Source: Pseudomonas phage vB_PaeM_GXNNA8
Strand: one strand, 5' to 3'
Length of the DNA stretch: 64,000 nucleotides
Sequence record: PV400810.1
Of the stretch, positions 10,233 to 19,041 are shown in pieces. Numbering within the stretch: position 1 is the stretch's first letter; each line of letters opens with the position of its first letter. The notes below the pieces were generated by a model. The model saw nothing but the letters and a program-made list of their open reading frames with translations, did no database searches and was not told where the DNA came from. The position numbers and the translations under genes are program-made.

Positions 10233-12401
10233 ATGACTGTTTTCAACAGAATCGTCCCTGGAAAGGTGGACATTAGTGGGATTCGGGACAACTCTATTCC
10301 AGAATATGACACGTCCCCGCCAACCACCCCGCTCCACCTTCCTGTTATCCACGGTATCTTCCCCAAAGGAAAACTGGCGTCTAAAGCAGGCACCCAATGG
10401 GTAGCCCCCCAAGACGTCAAAAAGATCTTTGGTGACATTTTCGACGAGAAGTCGCCCTACTACAGCCCAACGTCGGTCCTGATCCAGGCCCTCGCCCTGG
10501 GTCGCCAGAACACCATTGGTATTCGCCGCCTCTCGGTCAACGAAGTGGTTTCGAAAGCCTCGCTCTCTGCGTTTGTTCAGAAAGTGGAAGTTCAAGCCTA
10601 CGAGCGGGATGCCAACGGCCGTTGGAAGTATAACGAAAACGGCGAGCGTATTCCGATCCCGGGTAAAACCTACCCGAACGGTCTGAACATCGAAATCAAA
10701 ATCGATGATGCCGCAGCGGGTAAAGAACCCGGCGCGCTCGAAGTCCGCACCATCGCCGCCAGTGGTGATACCCCTGAAACCCTGGTACTCCCCCTGTTCG
10801 AAGGGGTGGCTGGTGTCGGTGACGAATACAACAAGTCGGGCCTTAACCTGGGTGTCCGTGCGGACGCGCTGAATTGGCGTTCCATTTCCGAATTCGTTCG
10901 GTCCACGGGGACTTTCCCTTACGACCTCCGTCAGTTCACCGATGGAGTCGATGGGACTCGTGTGTATTCGAAAACCACCCTCCAACAGGAAAGTGCCAAG
11001 TTCACCCTGTTCCCGGTGTCCCTCAACGGCGTTCAGTACAGCCTGCAAACGGGTTTCGGCTCCTTTACTGGTCGTAACAAGAACGCCCCGGGTAACCCGG
11101 TTCCGGCTCCGTTCAACGACCTGGTCGTTTACCAGGACAACATCGACACCCTGTGTCAGATGATGTATGTGGTGGAACAGCCGGAAAATGATACCCTGGT
11201 AGAAGTCGGTGTTCCCGGTGAGTACTACAAGCAGATGAACCCGTTCACCTGCACCAACCACAACGGCGCGCCTTACTACGCCATCACCACCTCGGGTGTT
11301 ATCAAGTGGGACCTGAGCGGCGCTATTAAATCCTCGGGCGGTATTTCGCCGTTCCTGGATAAGGACGGTAAGGTACCTGATTACGTTACCAAGCCGACAG
11401 TCAACGATCCCTTTGGTCTGCTGACTAACACCGAGCGTCCTCTCACTCACCTTCAGGCGTGGGAAATCACCAACAAACTGATGGTGGCGGATCTGACCAG
11501 TTACGTGAATGGTGTGGAAATGAAAGACACCACTCGTAACCGTCAATCGATCTTCTGGGATATTGGTTATTCCCAAGAAGTAAAAGATATCGCCGAGCAG
11601 TTCCTGGGTGCCCGTAAGGACATTCTGGTTGTAGCAGACGCCTGTGTCTGGAGACCGGGTGAGAAGAACAGTCTCGAAGAGATCTATTCTCGGGCTGCAA
11701 TGATCACCAATCGACTGCGCATGACGGTCGAGTCTGAGAAGTGGGGTACCCCAGCCTGCCGTGCAGCTGTGAACCTCATCGAAGCGAAAGTCACCGATGA
11801 ACCGACCGGCTGGTACTTCTCGGGTAACATCGACCTGGCCTATGCCTTTGCACTATGGGCAGGTAACATCGACGGTCTGATCGTCACTCCAAACGCACCG
11901 GATCATGCGGATAACCGTAAACTCCGTCTGATGCACTCCCCCAACATCGTCTTCGAAGAAGATGAAGTGGCGGCTGAGAACTTCAGCAACGGCCATATCT
12001 CCCTGAAGCCTTGGGACTGGAACGTTCAAACGTACCGTCCGGGTCTCCCCACCATTCACCCGAACCCCGACTCGGTCCTCAAGGACCTGGCTAACCCGTT
12101 CCTGTGCGTGGCGATGGAGAAGATCTCCGCGGATCAATGGCGCATCGTTTGTGGTGACCGTACCATCACCGCAGATAACTACGCCTCCATCATGAAAGAC
12201 GAGATCGAGAGCGCGTGCCGTAACGCGGTAGGGGGTGAAGTCTCCAACATCGTCGCAGAAACGTTCTACGAAACTGGAACGCTCGGATCCCGTGCGAAAC
12301 TGCGTGTGATTCTCCACGCTTGGTTTAACAAAGCCAAGTACATGATGGAATTCGATCTCTACGCTTACAACCAACAGGATCTGGCCACTACTGCGGCCTG
12401 A
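10233..12401 (+). CDS. abundant structural protein candidate (722 aa; possible major capsid protein); ORF finder start at 10146 probably too early
   Basis: ATG at 10233 preceded by GAGG; very strong bias toward ctg/cgt/ggt/atc/aac/ttc codons typical of highly expressed genes; size near phiKZ-type major capsid proteins (~750 aa). Confidence 0.3.
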   Translation: MTVFNRIVPGKVDISGIRDNSIPEYDTSPPTTPLHLPVIHGIFPKGKLASKAGTQWVAPQDVKKIFGDIFDEKSPYYSPTSVLIQALALGRQNTIGIRRLSVNEVVSKASLSAFVQKVEVQAYERDANGRWKYNENGERIPIPGKTYPNGLNIEIKIDDAAAGKEPGALEVRTIAASGDTPETLVLPLFEGVAGVGDEYNKSGLNLGVRADALNWRSISEFVRSTGTFPYDLRQFTDGVDGTRVYSKTTLQQESAKFTLFPVSLNGVQYSLQTGFGSFTGRNKNAPGNPVPAPFNDLVVYQDNIDTLCQMMYVVEQPENDTLVEVGVPGEYYKQMNPFTCTNHNGAPYYAITTSGVIKWDLSGAIKSSGGISPFLDKDGKVPDYVTKPTVNDPFGLLTNTERPLTHLQAWEITNKLMVADLTSYVNGVEMKDTTRNRQSIFWDIGYSQEVKDIAEQFLGARKDILVVADACVWRPGEKNSLEEIYSRAAMITNRLRMTVESEKWGTPACRAAVNLIEAKVTDEPTGWYFSGNIDLAYAFALWAGNIDGLIVTPNAPDHADNRKLRLMHSPNIVFEEDEVAAENFSNGHISLKPWDWNVQTYRPGLPTIHPNPDSVLKDLANPFLCVAMEKISADQWRIVCGDRTITADNYASIMKDEIESACRNAVGGEVSNIVAETFYETGTLGSRAKLRVILHAWFNKAKYMMEFDLYAYNQQDLATTAA

Positions 12402-12411
12402 GGAATGAAAG

Positions 12412-13320
12412 ATGGCTAACGAAACGAACTTCCCTCATCGGTCCAGTACGACCCTACTCCCGAAGTCCGATCCCTTCGTACGGGCTCTGGACCTGCAAAA
12501 CCGTCCGGTTATTAACGCCCAATTCGGGGGTATGTACGGTTGGGCTGGTAACGTCTTCGAGTATGTCAGCGCACAACCTCACGTCAGTCAACTGGGGTGG
12601 TGTATTGTCCTCTCGACTCCTGCTGCCTTCTCCCGACTGCCGGGTGGCACTGCGTTGCATTCGCTGTGTAAGGCGTGGTTTGAAAACCGTTCTCAGTCGT
12701 TCGAAGGTCTCCGTGACATGACTGAGGTTCAGTTTGCTCAAATGGAATGGACGGGTCACGTACTCTCCATTCCGTCGGGCGCTACCCGTTCAATGGGTCA
12801 AGTCACGCATACTGGTTACGATTGCATCGGTGAAGTGTTCACCAAGATGTTCAAGGTCTGGCAACAATGGCTGGTCATGGATTCGGAAGTCCTGAACGCC
12901 AAGATTGTCATCCTGGATAATCCGGGTGACATGCTGATCGATGAAGTATCGGTCTCGTGCATCTACTTCGAACCCACCCACACCATGAAGGACATTGCTC
13001 ACGCTGCCTTGGTGGTTGGTATGATGCCCCGTACCTCTGTTCCGATTGAAATCAAGCGTAACAAGAGCGAAGAAGGCGCAATCCGTCAGATCACCATGGA
13101 GTTCACCGGTTTGGTGGAATTCGACACCCTGGCTGTGAAACAGATTGCTCGTCAGATGTTGAAACTCCTTCCGCTGTACAACCCGGATGCCATTGCTGCC
13201 CCTCCGGGCTTCAAACAGCGTTCTGCGGCTGTCACCTCGTCGCCGTCCGGTACCATCGAACGGATGATCGATCAGAAAGCCCAAGTGGACGGCGCTGCCG
13301 GTCAGTTGTACATGGGTTAA
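12412..13320 (+). CDS. hypothetical protein (302 aa), co-transcribed with the preceding gene
   Basis: same codon bias; 10-nt spacer after the upstream stop; followed by a strong hairpin. Confidence 0.55.
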   Translation: MANETNFPHRSSTTLLPKSDPFVRALDLQNRPVINAQFGGMYGWAGNVFEYVSAQPHVSQLGWCIVLSTPAAFSRLPGGTALHSLCKAWFENRSQSFEGLRDMTEVQFAQMEWTGHVLSIPSGATRSMGQVTHTGYDCIGEVFTKMFKVWQQWLVMDSEVLNAKIVILDNPGDMLIDEVSVSCIYFEPTHTMKDIAHAALVVGMMPRTSVPIEIKRNKSEEGAIRQITMEFTGLVEFDTLAVKQIARQMLKLLPLYNPDAIAAPPGFKQRSAAVTSSPSGTIERMIDQKAQVDGAAGQLYMG

Positions 13321-13339
13321 ACAAAAAAGGTGTACTGCA

Positions 13340-13373
13340 TACCCTCCCTACCCTTTGCGGGGTAGGGAGGGTA
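13340..13373. terminator. hairpin terminator after the putative capsid operon
   Basis: 14-bp stem taccctccctaccc/gggtagggagggta with a 6-nt loop. Confidence 0.5.
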
Positions 13374-13386
13374 CTGTATGGGTTCA

Positions 13387-13791
13387 TTACGCTTGGCAGA
13401 AGATATTCCCATCTACGCACGAAACCTCATTGTTCTTGCGAATCATGACTTCTCTGAAGACAACAAAATCCTTCGAATGAGACGCATTGTGTTCCCCAAA
13501 GGGTTCGTGGTGCATGATGTAATGGTCCATCTGCTCTTCCGTAAAGTGTTCAGGAAAGGTCACTTCCCATCCATCATAACGGCGTTTGAAGATCGGGTCT
13601 GTGCAGTCCGGAGAATGCAGGATCCGTATCTTCCCTGCGTATACTCCTAACGAGAAGCTAAAAATACGACCGTTCTCTATTCGCTTAATGGAGTAACGCA
13701 TACCCTTAGCTTCTAGATAGCGCTGAACAACTAGCAGCACGATTACAGCATATGTGGTCAGAAGCACCGCATTTGCGATAACGTTGTACAT
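13387..13791 (-). CDS. small membrane protein (N-terminal transmembrane helix)
   Basis: hydrophobic N-terminus VIANAVLLTTYAVIVLLVV; the overlapping + strand ORF 13378..13650 judged spurious. Confidence 0.45.
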   Translation of the reverse strand: MYNVIANAVLLTTYAVIVLLVVQRYLEAKGMRYSIKRIENGRIFSFSLGVYAGKIRILHSPDCTDPIFKRRYDGWEVTFPEHFTEEQMDHYIMHHEPFGEHNASHSKDFVVFREVMIRKNNEVSCVDGNIFCQA

Positions 13792-13803
13792 AGGTTTATC
13801 CTC

Positions 13804-14484
13804 TCATCGAACGTTAAGTTCGTCCACGAATGGACCGATTTTCTTCTTGAAGTTGGATATTTCTAAAGCGAAAATGTCCTTAGTTGAAGTGGTGAACCCA
13901 TCCCATAGATTACCTTTAGGACCATATTCCTCCAAAAAGGCCTTATTCAATTTCTTAGAACAAGGGGGTAATCCAGTGAGTACAGCAAACTCGTCGTACA
14001 GCTTTTGATACTTCTGATTGACGACATCCGTTAAGCGCTTAGTGGTGTGAATGACCAGCTCAACGAAGGTGTAGGAAGACATTCGAATAGTATCTGCCCT
14101 GATAGGCCGACAGGATTGTGAAATGAAACGTTCGTCCTCAGGTGTAAAGATCCCGTCCGCATAATACCGAAGAAACATCCACCCTACTCCTGGAGAGACT
14201 TCATAGGGATGACGTTTCGTAATAGGACGACCCGTCTCAAGTAACAGGATAATAGTGTAGATAAGCAAAACATCATGTTCTGTTAGATTATCCTGGTGGT
14301 CTATTAGACGCTTAGCGACGTTAAGGGAATCCAGCAAGTAGTAGTGGTCATACCCATCCTGATGATTATGCTTCAAGTGGTTAAAGACCTTGTGTACTAA
14401 ATCCGTGGGAATTCTACCGCCTAGGATAAGTTTGATGTCAGACAGTAATTTGATTTCTCCAAGGGTTTTCGCATCGGCTTCCAT
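13804..14484 (-). CDS. hypothetical protein with an HD-like His/Asp motif cluster (possible phosphohydrolase); start moved to the ATG at 14484
   Basis: HLKHNHQDGYDH ... DHQDNLTEHDVLL; RBS GAAGGGA before MEADAKTL; an upstream terminator separates it from the ORF-finder start. Confidence 0.4.
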   Translation of the reverse strand: MEADAKTLGEIKLLSDIKLILGGRIPTDLVHKVFNHLKHNHQDGYDHYYLLDSLNVAKRLIDHQDNLTEHDVLLIYTIILLLETGRPITKRHPYEVSPGVGWMFLRYYADGIFTPEDERFISQSCRPIRADTIRMSSYTFVELVIHTTKRLTDVVNQKYQKLYDEFAVLTGLPPCSKKLNKAFLEEYGPKGNLWDGFTTSTKDIFALEISNFKKKIGPFVDELNVR

Positions 14485-14502
14485 TGGTGGTATCCCTTCT
14501 AG

Positions 14503-14550
14503 AAAAAAAAAATAAAGATTGGAACAGGGGGAGCAAACGCTCACTCCCCC
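14503..14550 (-). terminator. rho-independent terminator (hairpin plus U-tract) downstream of the 14558..15013 gene
   Basis: gggggag...ctccccc hairpin followed on the minus strand by TTTATTTTTTTTTT. Confidence 0.6.
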
Positions 14551-14557
14551 AACAGGT

Positions 14558-15013
14558 TCAATCTACAACCGTCATGTTGACAAAGGCACCTTCTTTTTCG
14601 AACTGCTCACGAAGGCTTCCTGTCACACAATGTTCGTAGGCTGTTTCTGTTCCGCTGTTCATAACTTGGATATAACCGCTTTTAGCCTTACCGTTATCAT
14701 CCACCCCGAGGGTATAGAACCAGTTACCCGTCGGGTTGGTTATGAAGACTTCACGGGTAGCGAGATTGGTCTCACGGTGGTAGGAGAACTGTTTACCCAT
14801 GTCATTCCCAGGCTTGGTAAAACTGACTTGGACTTTTTCCGGGTACCCGATGGTCAGGGTCCACAGGTCACCTTGAGGAATCTGGGTCAGCTTGACCTCA
14901 GCACCGTCCTTCAAGGTGCAGTTGAACATGATTTCTTCATTACCCGCCGCATTGGCCAGTTGCAAGAACAGGAAAGTGAAGACGGTTGAAATAGACAGGA
15001 AAAACGTTTTCAT
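14558..15013 (-). CDS. small secreted/periplasmic protein with signal peptide
   Basis: N-terminus MKTFFLSISTVFTFLFLQLANAAG is a typical Sec signal peptide. Confidence 0.5.
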   Translation of the reverse strand: MKTFFLSISTVFTFLFLQLANAAGNEEIMFNCTLKDGAEVKLTQIPQGDLWTLTIGYPEKVQVSFTKPGNDMGKQFSYHRETNLATREVFITNPTGNWFYTLGVDDNGKAKSGYIQVMNSGTETAYEHCVTGSLREQFEKEGAFVNMTVVD

Positions 15014-15075
15014 GGAGTATCCTCATGTGTGCGAAAGTACATCCTTGTGGATGTTGGGTTTCATTCGTTTAGGTG

Positions 15076-15597
15076 TTAAGCAGACTCCCCCCAACCAAAG
15101 AACCCTGATAGTGCTTTAGACGGGGGTATTCCCTTTGGGGTTTTTATGATCTTCTCTTCCTTGTTCTTATCCTGCGTGCTCCGGTTCACCTGTTGAATCA
15201 AGCGACGGAGACTGATACCGATGTTCTCTTCGATATCATAATCCGTAATCGCCAGACTAAATTGGGCGATTGAGAGCCGACTTCCTCCCAACATAAAGTC
15301 TAAGGCAGGGTTAGCGTTATACGCCAAGGCAAACTTGGATCCGGTCTTGTCACGACCGTTATGTTCGAAGATCACCACAGTACCGCAGTCCGTACCGATC
15401 AAAATAAGACGACGACCTGTTTTAGGATCCAGTGCTTTAAAGACCTTACCCACTGGGAGTTGAAGTCTTACAGCACCCTCGTACATATTCCCTGAGCTCC
15501 TCCATTCGGGATCAAAAGCCATTGAGTTATCTATGCGGGCTATCACGTTTTCGAAACGTTTAGCCAACTCAAGACTTTCGTCTAGTATCGCCAGCAT
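15076..15597 (-). CDS. hypothetical protein (173 aa)
   Basis: RBS AAAGGAGG upstream; promoter-like motif 45 nt upstream. Confidence 0.5.
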   Translation of the reverse strand: MLAILDESLELAKRFENVIARIDNSMAFDPEWRSSGNMYEGAVRLQLPVGKVFKALDPKTGRRLILIGTDCGTVVIFEHNGRDKTGSKFALAYNANPALDFMLGGSRLSIAQFSLAITDYDIEENIGISLRRLIQQVNRSTQDKNKEEKIIKTPKGIPPSKALSGFFGWGESA

Positions 15598-15639
15598 AGA
15601 GCATATCCTCCTTTAATTGACTAAGGAAACCAATGCCTT

Positions 15640-15668
15640 ATTCACCCTAGTGATATAGACCTCAAAGA
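15640..15668 (-). promoter_or_regulatory. early-promoter-like motif (minus strand TTTGAGGTCTATATCACTAGGGTG)
   Basis: member of a 7-copy motif family; lies between an upstream terminator and the 15597 gene start. Confidence 0.4.
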
Positions 15669-15692
15669 ACATGCAAGTTAAAATACGACAAC

Positions 15693-15724
15693 CTACTGCC
15701 TAGCCCATTACGGCTAGGCAGTAG
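15693..15724 (-). terminator. hairpin terminator downstream of tmk
   Basis: 13-bp stem ctactgcctagcc/ggctaggcagtag. Confidence 0.45.
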
Positions 15725-15733
15725 TGACGTGTT

Positions 15734-16387
15734 CTAATATTTATTACACAGGCGTTCCAGATAGGTGGTCATTTGATTGAACACCTCGTCTTCACTCACG
15801 GTGGCGTCAATGAGCGCACAGTCACGGCCTGTTTGCCCCATGCGTCGATACGCTGTACGGGCCTTTTCATAGAATTCAACCGTTTGAGAATCCAGACGGT
15901 TCATACCACCCCGTTGATGGACCCGGTCCAACACCACCTCAACCGGTGCATCCAGAATGAACGTAAAGTGAGGCCAGAAGTCTTGGGTCAGTAAGCGGTG
16001 TAACTCCAGGATTTTCCCTACCCCCAATCCCCGGGCTTCCCCTTGGTACGCTATGGTCGTATGCACATACCGATCACAGAGTACAAACTTCCCGGCTTGC
16101 AAGCTGGGTTTAACCAAGGTTTCAAGGTGTTGTACCCGAGCCGCATTGAACAACAGGAGTTCCGTCATTTGGCAAGGGCCTTCTTCACCCTCATCCAGCG
16201 ACAGGAGCAATTCCCTGATACGGTTACAGTACGGAGTCCCACCTGGTTCTCGGGTCTTAACCACATCCACACCACGTTCTACTAACCAGTTCGCTATGCG
16301 ATTAACAACAGTGGTCTTACCCGTTCCATCCAACCCCTCCACCACACAAAACATTCCGGAGTAGAGACTAGCGAAATTCATAGTCAT
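15734..16387 (-). CDS. tmk: thymidylate kinase (dTMP kinase)
   Basis: P-loop EGLDGTGKTT, REPGGT and DRY motifs of the Tmk family. Confidence 0.85.
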   Translation of the reverse strand: MTMNFASLYSGMFCVVEGLDGTGKTTVVNRIANWLVERGVDVVKTREPGGTPYCNRIRELLLSLDEGEEGPCQMTELLLFNAARVQHLETLVKPSLQAGKFVLCDRYVHTTIAYQGEARGLGVGKILELHRLLTQDFWPHFTFILDAPVEVVLDRVHQRGGMNRLDSQTVEFYEKARTAYRRMGQTGRDCALIDATVSEDEVFNQMTTYLERLCNKY

Positions 16388-16563
16388 TTCCCGATTTTTA
16401 TTTCAAAGTTGAATCGCTTGGGTTTCTCATACGTCTTGAGGATACCTGCGTCCCCTTCAGGTCTGCTGGGGTCGTACGGACGGCGTTCTTCAGGAATATG
16501 ATCGTAAACCTTACCGAGGGATTCCAGCAGTTTACGGTCGATTTTAACATCGTTGTTAGCCAT
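16384..16563 (-). CDS. small hypothetical protein (59 aa) translationally coupled to tmk (ATGA overlap)
   Basis: ATG at 16563 with GGAG 9 nt upstream; TGA stop overlaps the tmk ATG; below the ORF-track length cutoff. Confidence 0.35.
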   Translation of the reverse strand: MANNDVKIDRKLLESLGKVYDHIPEERRPYDPSRPEGDAGILKTYEKPKRFNFEIKIGK

Positions 16564-16586
16564 AACGAATACTCCAGTGTTGTAGG

Positions 16587-17504
16587 CTACTCTCTACTCC
16601 GTAAGATATCATTAATCACACCCAAATAAACCCCCTTAACTTCTTCATAGTCATTCATCCAGTAACCGGATTTCCTCCTGATGATACCCTGGGTGATCTC
16701 ATGCAGTGTTCCACCAAGATCATCTTCTATCTCTAGGTCTTTAGGGGTGGGCAACCCTACCAATAACCTCATCGCAGGGGTGGAGTCTTTCAAACGAAAG
16801 ACAAAGCGTTGAGTCGGTAGAGGAATACCTGCCCTTTCCCACTCTACCTCCTTCTCCTTAGAGACCGTAAGGACCACTTCATCGTTCTCTTTTAGAGTAT
16901 ACCAATGTGAAATGAGATTGGGGAGTACTAGCTCTTTCAATTCCCCGGGAAGATCGTTGTAAAGGATTCGCTTAGGGACATCCCACAATGGGGCTATAAA
17001 TGGCCGACAACCTATGTCCGTGCCCGCCAATTTACCGAGTGTGGCGGGAAGATTCAACAGTACCTGGTAATCTGATTCACTCCATTCATTGATGTTTAAC
17101 GTGTGTTCTGAGGTGTCTTCCTGTATGAACCCTATCCACGTACTGGGGAATAGGTGAATGTTACTCCGAGACGCCTGCATCATCCCCAATACCACATTCA
17201 GGGATTGATTAGCAATATGAACGAATGGACTCTGTCTGTTGCTATCAATGGTGTAAATGGAAGGAACGGCCATACTCGTGTCCATCATCACGAAGGTCTT
17301 TCCAATGGACCCTGGGTAGTCATCCGTGTGATCTCTGAAATAGTCTTCCACTTTAGCGAGTGCCATTAATTCCACCAAGGTCACGCATGCACTACCCGTG
17401 GCATTCACCAAGCAAGGATTCACTGTATGGCCTGCTTTCATGGCTTTATGATACATCGCCACAGATTCCACCCCACCACTCCAAGCCAAATTAATAACAG
17501 CCAT
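16587..17504 (-). CDS. PP-loop ATPase-like protein (adenine nucleotide alpha-hydrolase superfamily; QueC/GMP-synthase-like N-terminus)
   Basis: N-terminal INLAWSGGVESVAM matches the SGG[VIL][DE]S PP-loop signature; remainder not assignable. Confidence 0.4.
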   Translation of the reverse strand: MAVINLAWSGGVESVAMYHKAMKAGHTVNPCLVNATGSACVTLVELMALAKVEDYFRDHTDDYPGSIGKTFVMMDTSMAVPSIYTIDSNRQSPFVHIANQSLNVVLGMMQASRSNIHLFPSTWIGFIQEDTSEHTLNINEWSESDYQVLLNLPATLGKLAGTDIGCRPFIAPLWDVPKRILYNDLPGELKELVLPNLISHWYTLKENDEVVLTVSKEKEVEWERAGIPLPTQRFVFRLKDSTPAMRLLVGLPTPKDLEIEDDLGGTLHEITQGIIRRKSGYWMNDYEEVKGVYLGVINDILRSRE

Positions 17505-17513
17505 TCTCTTTCC

Positions 17514-17561
17514 TCCAAATAAATAAAGAAACCAGTAGGTAGGGGTATCCCCTACCTACTG
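17514..17561 (-). terminator. rho-independent terminator downstream of the 17571..17906 gene
   Basis: 13-bp stem cagtaggtagggg/cccctacctactg followed on the minus strand by TTTCTTTATTTATTT. Confidence 0.6.
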
Positions 17562-17570
17562 ATCGTCTGG

Positions 17571-17906
17571 TTATTGCGGTTGATAGTGAGCAATGATCTC
17601 TTTAAGTACCGCAGTGAGATCTTCCTCGTGGAAGGCGATCCGTTCTCGCGTGGACAGACTGATAATCCCCAAAGAGACATATTCACCCGTAGGGGTCAGT
17701 TTAGCCACCGGTGTTTCCCGGGATGGGAAATGGTAGAACCAAACCCCATTCGGACTGATAACGGCGGTCAACCCGTTACGACCTTCGGTCTGGTATACCG
17801 TGGGCGTTTGATCCTTCCCCTGTTCTTTAAGAACCTCCAACAGTTGGAAGAACGTGTCCAAAAGCGTCTTACTGGTTGCTTTGGTACAGAACGAATCCCC
17901 TCTCAC
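17571..17906 (-). CDS. hypothetical protein (111 aa)
   Basis: start overlaps the upstream gene stop (ATGA-type coupling); the mirror + strand ORF 17574..17909 judged spurious. Confidence 0.45.
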   Translation of the reverse strand: MRGDSFCTKATSKTLLDTFFQLLEVLKEQGKDQTPTVYQTEGRNGLTAVISPNGVWFYHFPSRETPVAKLTPTGEYVSLGIISLSTRERIAFHEEDLTAVLKEIIAHYQPQ

Positions 17907-18721
17907 TGACCCTGCCCCTTGATGATATCCACAATCTGGTCAATCCGGTTGATGATCAAACCTGACCAAGGTTCGAACCCAACGAGTTCACCGTCATCCG
18001 ATTTGATGGGGGCATCTTTGTTGGTATGCTGAGCGATCAACTCTTTGACCGTAAACCACCCCATATCCTTGTTGTTCACTTCGTTGGACATATCGAACGT
18101 GGTGTTGTGTTCCACCACCGGAACCAGACAGATAACACCGACGTGAATATTCCCAACGTACCCGGGCTCACCCTTATCCATTACGAACCCAATAGGAAAC
18201 GCCTTCTGAGTAACTTCTTCGGTGATATCACCCCGGTTAAATGAGTAGAAGGAGACCTCCTCCAGGAATTCACGACGGAGATTAGCCTCCACGGTATGAG
18301 CCCAATCGATCACCGAAGTTTCCCCGTAGAACTTATCAGCTTCCAGGTAGTGGGAAATGTCTTCCTTCTCGATATGACCCCCGGGGGCCAGGGACAAGCA
18401 GCTACTCAGGCGTTGATCCCCAGCTTTCTTGGTACGTTGATACACTGCGAACTCGATATTCCCATCGGTACTGATACGGTACGGGAGACCGTAGGCAATC
18501 CCTTGACGGAAGAGTTCATGCTGGTTGTTCAGGGAACGAACAGAACCCATGACCGCACTATCCAGTTCGTTCAGGATCTTGATGGTGGCTTCTTGCCCCA
18601 AGATCGTGGCCTCGTTAACAGGCACCAAGGCTTCAACACTGGGAGAATGAACCCCGTAGGTGAATTCACCGTACTTCTTGAATTCGTGCGACTCTTTAAC
18701 CACTTGTTTAGGGACGATCAT
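17903..18721 (-). CDS. hypothetical protein (272 aa) with a divergent Nudix-like element
   Basis: GGHIEKE ... RREFLEEVSF resembles GX5E...REUXEE but with a long insertion; weak. Confidence 0.5.
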   Translation of the reverse strand: MIVPKQVVKESHEFKKYGEFTYGVHSPSVEALVPVNEATILGQEATIKILNELDSAVMGSVRSLNNQHELFRQGIAYGLPYRISTDGNIEFAVYQRTKKAGDQRLSSCLSLAPGGHIEKEDISHYLEADKFYGETSVIDWAHTVEANLRREFLEEVSFYSFNRGDITEEVTQKAFPIGFVMDKGEPGYVGNIHVGVICLVPVVEHNTTFDMSNEVNNKDMGWFTVKELIAQHTNKDAPIKSDDGELVGFEPWSGLIINRIDQIVDIIKGQGQ

Positions 18722-18733
18722 GGAATAAACCTC

Positions 18734-19039
18734 TTAGTTGACAGTGGAAGTGGGGGGTGTTGCGGCTTTGAGTTTCTCTGAGATCTGTTCAAAGATCAGC
18801 GAGAGAGCTTTTTCAGTGTCCTTACGGCTAAACGGACTCCCTTCAATATTCACGGTGATATCACCGTCACTGGGGATTTCGATCGTGGCATACACCACAC
18901 CCTCCTTCCCCTGTTCAATGACAATGAAGGTTTCGAGATGCCCCATCATAACCCTCAAGGGTTTATATTCAAACGTCCGAATCACCGAAGGTTCAGCTTC
19001 CAGCGCCATCTCGAACGTGATGATGTTATCACTTAGCAT
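18734..19039 (-). CDS. hypothetical protein (101 aa)
   Basis: ORF in the operon. Confidence 0.45.
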   Translation of the reverse strand: MLSDNIITFEMALEAEPSVIRTFEYKPLRVMMGHLETFIVIEQGKEGVVYATIEIPSDGDITVNIEGSPFSRKDTEKALSLIFEQISEKLKAATPPTSTVN

Positions 19040-19041
19040 AT

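Noticed and set aside
13378-13650. Plus-strand 90-aa ORF overlapping the minus-strand membrane protein gene
   Set aside because: Lies inside a contiguous minus-strand block; no RBS; the minus ORF has a convincing transmembrane N-terminus.
17574-17909. Plus-strand 111-aa ORF mirroring the minus-strand ORF 17571..17906
   Set aside because: The minus-strand version is coupled (ATGA overlap) to the upstream gene and fits the operon direction; the plus-strand frame is the antisense artefact.
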